A stretch of DNA of 64,000 bases from an uncultured Rhodopirellula sp. GTDB lineage: Bacteria; Planctomycetota; Planctomycetia; Pirellulales; Pirellulaceae. The position numbers and the translations under genes are program-made. The DNA lies in the NCBI GenBank assembly GCA_964007735.1, contig CAXGAI010000007.1, forward strand, positions 1-64,000, given 5' to 3'. Positions 59,498 to 64,000 of the stretch are shown here, in pieces (the stretch's first letter is position 1; the number at the start of each line of letters is the position of its first letter). The notes beneath the pieces are model-generated. The model was given only the letters and a program-made list of their open reading frames with translations. It did no database searches and was not told where the DNA came from.

Positions 59498-60469
59498 TTA
59501 TGCAAAACTTTCAAGTAACGTTCCAGCCAGCAAGTGCCAGCCATCCACCATCACGAAAAGCATGAGTTTGAAGGGTAGAGATACGGTAGTTGGCGGTAGC
59601 ATCATCATGCCCATCGAATTGGTTGTTGCACTGACAACAAGGTCAATCACCAGAAATGGAAGGAAGACGAGAAAGCCGATTAGAAAGGCTGTTTTAAGTT
59701 CACTCGTCATGAATGCCGGCAACAATGCCTGTAGCGGAATGTCGTGATAACTGGTGGGCGTGACAGAATTCTGGCTGACCGCAAGATAGGAAGGTTTCGA
59801 TTTCTTCGCGGTTGCCGGAAGTTCATCGGGCTTGGGAAGGTAATCGTAGAACAGCCAAACGTCATCAGTATTTCCGGTGTTGTCAATTTGCGTTCCCATA
59901 AAAGTAACCAGTGTTCCCCGGCTTATTTCCCAGGCCTGCTCCCCGCTAATTTCCTGATTGCTGTAGGGTACAACGGCTTTTTGATAGACCGTTTGCCAAG
60001 TAGGTGCCATGATTAGTGCGCTCATAAATAGAGCGAGTGACGCAATCGCTTGGTTGCTCGGGTTTTGTTGGGTGCCCAGAGCCTGTCTTAGCAGACTTAG
60101 AACAATTGAAATTCGCAGAAACGATGTGGTCATCAGAAGCATAGCCGGAGCTGTGCTGAGTAGCGTGACCATGGCAAAAAGCTTCAAGCTGCTCATCGCC
60201 TGATCAGGCGAATTGAATTGTTCAATGGAGGATGTCAATTCATCGGTTGCCTCCGTTGCCGGAACAATCAGTTCCTTCGCCGTTAATTCAACGGATATAG
60301 ATTCGGTACCGGAGGGCACCTCTTCGTCCAAGGCATAGCTTATGTCGGCTGTTAGCCAACCGCAGGGAACACTGACTGCAATTAACGCTATCGACATCAT
60401 TATTGTCCGACGTGTTCTGGACGAGCTCACGCAGAATCGATGATCGGATTGTCGCGATGCTTTAGGCAT
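59498..60469 (-). CDS. fliP: Flagellar export protein FliP
   Basis: MTTSFLRI..LRQALGTQQNPSNQ, LPAFMTSELKTAFLIGF, MGMMMLPP..SLPFKL..VDGW; ATG 60469 directly after the fliO stop. Confidence 0.95.
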   Translation of the reverse strand: MPKASRQSDHRFCVSSSRTRRTIMMSIALIAVSVPCGWLTADISYALDEEVPSGTESISVELTAKELIVPATEATDELTSSIEQFNSPDQAMSSLKLFAMVTLLSTAPAMLLMTTSFLRISIVLSLLRQALGTQQNPSNQAIASLALFMSALIMAPTWQTVYQKAVVPYSNQEISGEQAWEISRGTLVTFMGTQIDNTGNTDDVWLFYDYLPKPDELPATAKKSKPSYLAVSQNSVTPTSYHDIPLQALLPAFMTSELKTAFLIGFLVFLPFLVIDLVVSATTNSMGMMMLPPTTVSLPFKLMLFVMVDGWHLLAGTLLESFA

Positions 60470-60470
60470 G

Positions 60471-61025
60471 TTACGTGTCGGTATACAGTTGGTTTGGATT
60501 CTGATCGTATTGTGCGAATAAAGATTTAAATGTTGAGCTTGAAGCATTTGAATCTTCAGCCGTTGCAAGGAGGTGCTCGACTTCCACAGGATCTGTAACT
60601 TCGGTTAGACAGGTGACTTTCGATTCACCCGCAGAAATCAATAAGAGCCGTCCTCCGAGCCTGACTACGTGGAGTGAGTGGTTTTTTGTGAGGGTGGTTT
60701 GCCCAATGACATCGAGTGTTTCGGTACCAAGTCGTACTCCGGTAAGTGATCTCCGACTACGCGTGAACCAAACAATTCCCAGGAACAAACTAAGGACAAC
60801 AGCAAGTGAGCCGCCCATTTTCACTAGGGCTTCATTGAATCCAGGGACAGTGGAAATGCCAGAGCGTGAGTCATCCACCGTCGCGGACTCAGCCCGCGGT
60901 TGCAGTGGCATATTTAGATAGGAAAGCGGTTCGGTGGTTTCAACACTTTGTTGGGCCCACGTGATATTTCCACTGAATATCAAGGTACCAAACAAGGCAA
61001 TCCACAGATAAACTTTAGATCTCAT
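60471..61025 (-). CDS. fliO: FliO-like protein
   Basis: Signal-like N-terminus, TM SLAVVLSLFLGIVWF, LDVIGQTTL..SLHVVRLGGRLLLIS. Confidence 0.8.
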   Translation of the reverse strand: MRSKVYLWIALFGTLIFSGNITWAQQSVETTEPLSYLNMPLQPRAESATVDDSRSGISTVPGFNEALVKMGGSLAVVLSLFLGIVWFTRSRRSLTGVRLGTETLDVIGQTTLTKNHSLHVVRLGGRLLLISAGESKVTCLTEVTDPVEVEHLLATAEDSNASSSTFKSLFAQYDQNPNQLYTDT

Positions 61026-61503
61026 ACGCAAAACCCCGCTGCGTGATTTCGGTAAGGTCGCTAAGTTCGGCGATTTTAATGACATAGTAATTGTCATGGG
61101 CGTATAAGTAGCCAGTACCGACAACCTGGCCTTTCCAGAGAATTTCTACGGTTTGTTCAACCGATTCGTGACTGGTGAGTATGGTGCCGGCGACAAGTTG
61201 CTGAGCGTTCGAGTCAGGGATTTCGGTGGTACAAATTTTGATCTGGAGCGAGATGGTCCCGGAAGAGTTTTTAGTACTGTTAGCGTTGCCAAACTCGGGA
61301 TACGCTGTCGACTCGGAAGTCGTTTCCTTCGAAGAAACTCCGGGTGTCCCGTTGTCTTCCATTAGGTCGATCAGCGTATCACACTTATCGAGTTTGGTAT
61401 GTACTTGTTGTTGAAGATTTACCTGAGTGGTGTCAGTTGATGCCATTCCCCCCTGTTGGCTGGGCTCCTGGATGTTATCAGGTGGTGAAGTGTTCTCGTT
61501 CAC
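61015..61503 (-). CDS. fliN: FliN/FliM-C (SPOA) domain protein, divergent
   Basis: C-terminal LVAGTIL..VEILWKGQVVGTGYL..YVIKIAEL matches the SPOA pattern; position before fliO. Confidence 0.65.
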   Translation of the reverse strand: MNENTSPPDNIQEPSQQGGMASTDTTQVNLQQQVHTKLDKCDTLIDLMEDNGTPGVSSKETTSESTAYPEFGNANSTKNSSGTISLQIKICTTEIPDSNAQQLVAGTILTSHESVEQTVEILWKGQVVGTGYLYAHDNYYVIKIAELSDLTEITQRGFAYEI

Positions 61504-61587
61504 AGGAAAAAACCTTGCGGACTTTTAGGGTGAGTAAAATTGCAGGGTAACTTTTCCTAGAATTTGGTTTGAAAATCAAGGTCAGTT

Positions 61588-62655
61588 TCAAGCTGCCGCG
61601 CGAAATGGTTTCTGTTCTAAGAATCGAATGGTCTTTTCCTGAGCCATGCGTGTTGCTTGATCGGCGATGATTTGTTGAGCTTTTTCAATTTGCTGCAGTG
61701 ATACTCCTACTATTTGTTCAAGCTTCTCAGTAAATCTTAAGACTTGCTGACTTGTAAGGGGTGATGTGATTCGTTGGATTACCTCACTTGGTGCTCCGGC
61801 TAAAGCCAGCAGAAGTGTTTTGTGATTGATGTGGTGAAAAAGCTTGGCGAGAGAATTGTCGTCCAGCAAGATGATATCTTCGAATCGCAGCGTTTCTTTT
61901 TTAGTGACATGCGTGTCCTGCATTAACGAGCGTGAGCAAGCATCAATAGGACCAGCCTGTCGCTTTCGGGTATGTAGATGCTCGAGATGGCTTAGATCCG
62001 TGCCGTTGGATTCGATGTCCGTGAGTGTCCGGTTCAGAAAATTGTCCCTTGCAGCCTGTTCGATGGCTTCTGAAGCGAGTTGCGGTGGCAGTTGGGTTTG
62101 GGACTCGCAAATGTGCATGAGACAGTCCTTCAGGAGCCGGGTAACCGTGTGAAGTTGTGAGAATTCACATTCATCACTATTGCTGATTCGTTCCAGTATT
62201 TCGCTTTGCTGCCTTGAGGGCAGGTACGAGATAACAACTCCCGACAAGTCAAATGGCATTCTGGTAAGAATGACAGCCGCAATTTGTTTGTGTAACTTCC
62301 CCAGGAATTGCGCGATTAGTGGTGGTGAAACCTGATAGAGAAATTGGAAATCAAATGGTTTTGTTTCACTAAACGGTGAGTACTTTGCTTCCGGTATACG
62401 ATCAGCGGTCGCCTTTATTGATTGCTCGGGTTTTATCGACGGAGTTGACTTGACAGTTTCCGGGGTGCAAGTTGCCAGGAATTCCTCGATAACGGCTTGC
62501 GATGACTTTAGGTCTTCGGCGGATAGATTTTCAACGGCCTGCCGAATACGGAATGCTTCTTGCTCATCTAGCCGCTGCAGAACTTCTTCGGCTTGTGAGG
62601 GGGCGAGACTGTCAATGAGGATCGCAGCTTGTCGAATTGTATCGTGATCCATCAT
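61588..62655 (-). CDS. fliG: FliG-like rotor protein, divergent
   Basis: RQAAILIDSL, FQFL..QIAAVIL, LRFEDIILLDD, LALAGA, IEKAQQII; ATGA overlap with fliF stop. Confidence 0.8.
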   Translation of the reverse strand: MMDHDTIRQAAILIDSLAPSQAEEVLQRLDEQEAFRIRQAVENLSAEDLKSSQAVIEEFLATCTPETVKSTPSIKPEQSIKATADRIPEAKYSPFSETKPFDFQFLYQVSPPLIAQFLGKLHKQIAAVILTRMPFDLSGVVISYLPSRQQSEILERISNSDECEFSQLHTVTRLLKDCLMHICESQTQLPPQLASEAIEQAARDNFLNRTLTDIESNGTDLSHLEHLHTRKRQAGPIDACSRSLMQDTHVTKKETLRFEDIILLDDNSLAKLFHHINHKTLLLALAGAPSEVIQRITSPLTSQQVLRFTEKLEQIVGVSLQQIEKAQQIIADQATRMAQEKTIRFLEQKPFRAAA

Positions 62656-64000
62656 GGCGAGGTGTTGCTGATCCATTTCCGAAGAATGTCGGCCGCATCT
62701 GCCGGAGCTTCATCTACCAGGGCATTTAATTCGTCCTTGAGGGTGAGAGCCGCCTCGGTTTTCGCAGAGTTGTTTTGAATGATGGGCGGTTTTTCCAGAT
62801 GAGGCACCGCTGTTTGTTCTTTGACTGCCAGAGTCTTTTGCGAACCGTCGCTCGAAATTTCTTGGTGAGGTCTCTCAGAGATAATGACTCTGTCTTCGGG
62901 AGATTTGGTATTGAGGTGAGAGTCGGAATTCCTTTTTCTAATCGGAAGTGTCCTATTGGTTGAGCGGTCTAGGTGCAGTTGTCTGTTTCTCCACATCAAG
63001 CCGTAAGCACAAGCGGCAATTAGAATGCCCATAGTGATTTCACGCCAGGCATTCTGAAGAAAAACACTCAGGACAGGTGCGGAATCGCCTGAGGGGTTTA
63101 AGGGTAGGTCTAGAATTGTTGCCACGTGAACGGTGAATTCGTCTAGGGTGGTGTGCGGTACTACGGGCATGACGCCCTGTACTAATTCGGTCACATTTTG
63201 TTTAACATCCTGTGCAATTGCCTGGCGTTGTGTTTGTGACGTTGCCTGGCGGCTTTCCGCGACCTGTTGGATATAGGAATCCGGGATACCGACGGATACC
63301 GTGGCATTCACCATTTTAGCGATTCCCGGAGTTTTTTCGGTGGCAACATCCACCGGATACAGGCCAACCTCGATTCGTGTGTTAGGGATGTCGATGAGGA
63401 GATTTGCTATTCGCCCACGCCACCAGCGTTCATAGTTTCGAAGCGCAATGTCGAGATTTGAGGCATTGTAATCTGAATCAGAGGCACCGAAGGTGTGTCC
63501 CGTATTGAGATCGATGACCACCACGTTGTTTCTCTCAAGACCGGCAAACCGCGCAGCGATGACTTCTCGGATGGCTTCCGAGGTTTCAAGCGTTACTTCG
63601 GTGTTGGTCGCGGCTTTGATCGCAGCCAGTGCTGTCATTTCTTTGCGACCGCTTAACCCTCGTTGTTGATGATCATCGATATTGATTTGTGCTTCGTCAA
63701 TGCCTGGGATTTGGGTAATGATTCTGGCCAGATCTTTTTCCCGGGCATTTCGCAAACGCATTTCACGCAATGATGGATTATCTAAGATGCTCCCGTTTTC
63801 CAGTACGGAGTCGACGTCTGAGCTGAAAGCATCCGATTCGAATTTACCTTCGATAGCCACCAGAAATTCAAGCCGCTGTTCTGTGGGGATCAGGATCTTC
63901 TTGTCTTGTAATTTCCAGCCTTTCAGCCCGGCGTTAGTGAAGTGTTGCGACAATTCCATGACTTCAGCATTTGAAAATTCGCGACGGTTTAACAGCGGTT
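62652..64000 (-). CDS. fliF: FliF/YscJ-like MS-ring protein (5' end outside window)
   Basis: Frame open to window edge; AREKDLARIITQIPGIDEA, NVVVID, C-terminal TM then LVDEAPADAADILRKWI; directly upstream of fliG. Confidence 0.78.
   Translation of the reverse strand, partial: PLLNRREFSNAEVMELSQHFTNAGLKGWKLQDKKILIPTEQRLEFLVAIEGKFESDAFSSDVDSVLENGSILDNPSLREMRLRNAREKDLARIITQIPGIDEAQINIDDHQQRGLSGRKEMTALAAIKAATNTEVTLETSEAIREVIAARFAGLERNNVVVIDLNTGHTFGASDSDYNASNLDIALRNYERWWRGRIANLLIDIPNTRIEVGLYPVDVATEKTPGIAKMVNATVSVGIPDSYIQQVAESRQATSQTQRQAIAQDVKQNVTELVQGVMPVVPHTTLDEFTVHVATILDLPLNPSGDSAPVLSVFLQNAWREITMGILIAACAYGLMWRNRQLHLDRSTNRTLPIRKRNSDSHLNTKSPEDRVIISERPHQEISSDGSQKTLAVKEQTAVPHLEKPPIIQNNSAKTEAALTLKDELNALVDEAPADAADILRKWISNTSP

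Noticed and set aside
51631..64000. Calling the flagellar genes pseudogenes
   Set aside because: No internal stops or frameshifts; lengths are near normal and junctions are tightly coupled.
1..64000. CRISPR arrays, IS elements, prophage genes, rRNA, and the many short overlapping ORFs in the six-frame track
   Set aside because: No regularly spaced repeats, transposase, integrase, phage or rRNA signatures were seen by eye; short ORFs are antisense or out-of-frame shadows of well-supported genes.

Overview
Core-genome segment of a planctomycete, probably Pirellulales. The assignment is inferred from DUF1559 prepilin-like genes, a TIGR03000 domain, a CRTAC1/ASPIC-UnbV + TPR pair and many secreted hypotheticals; GC is about 50% by eye. 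The window holds a tRNA-Glu(CTC) with an atypical anticodon loop and housekeeping genes (holA, solA, eda, clpX, dtd, accA, truA, asd, kdgK, purB, fur). It also has a ROK-ppx-ppk1-sixA polyphosphate operon, two tandem DUF1559 paralogs and an isolated flgM. The right end is a minus-strand flagellar-type block: fliF(partial)-fliG-fliN-fliO-fliP-fliQ-fliR-flhB-[Stf3-like sulfotransferase]-flhA-flhF-fliA. This block is the most notable signal. Its export gate (FliP/FliQ/FlhA) and sigma-28 are well conserved, but FlhB lacks the NPTH cleavage site, FliG/FliN/FlhF have eroded motifs, and fliH/I/J, fliM and flhG are absent from the block, although all ORFs are intact and several are tightly coupled. 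Other candidates: a three-gene envelope module with a shared unnamed domain plus DUF11, an apparently exported isoaspartyl methyltransferase fusion, and a sigma-28-like CCGATA box upstream of several non-flagellar envelope genes. No CRISPR array, transposase or integrase was seen. All family calls come from motif recognition, not database searches.
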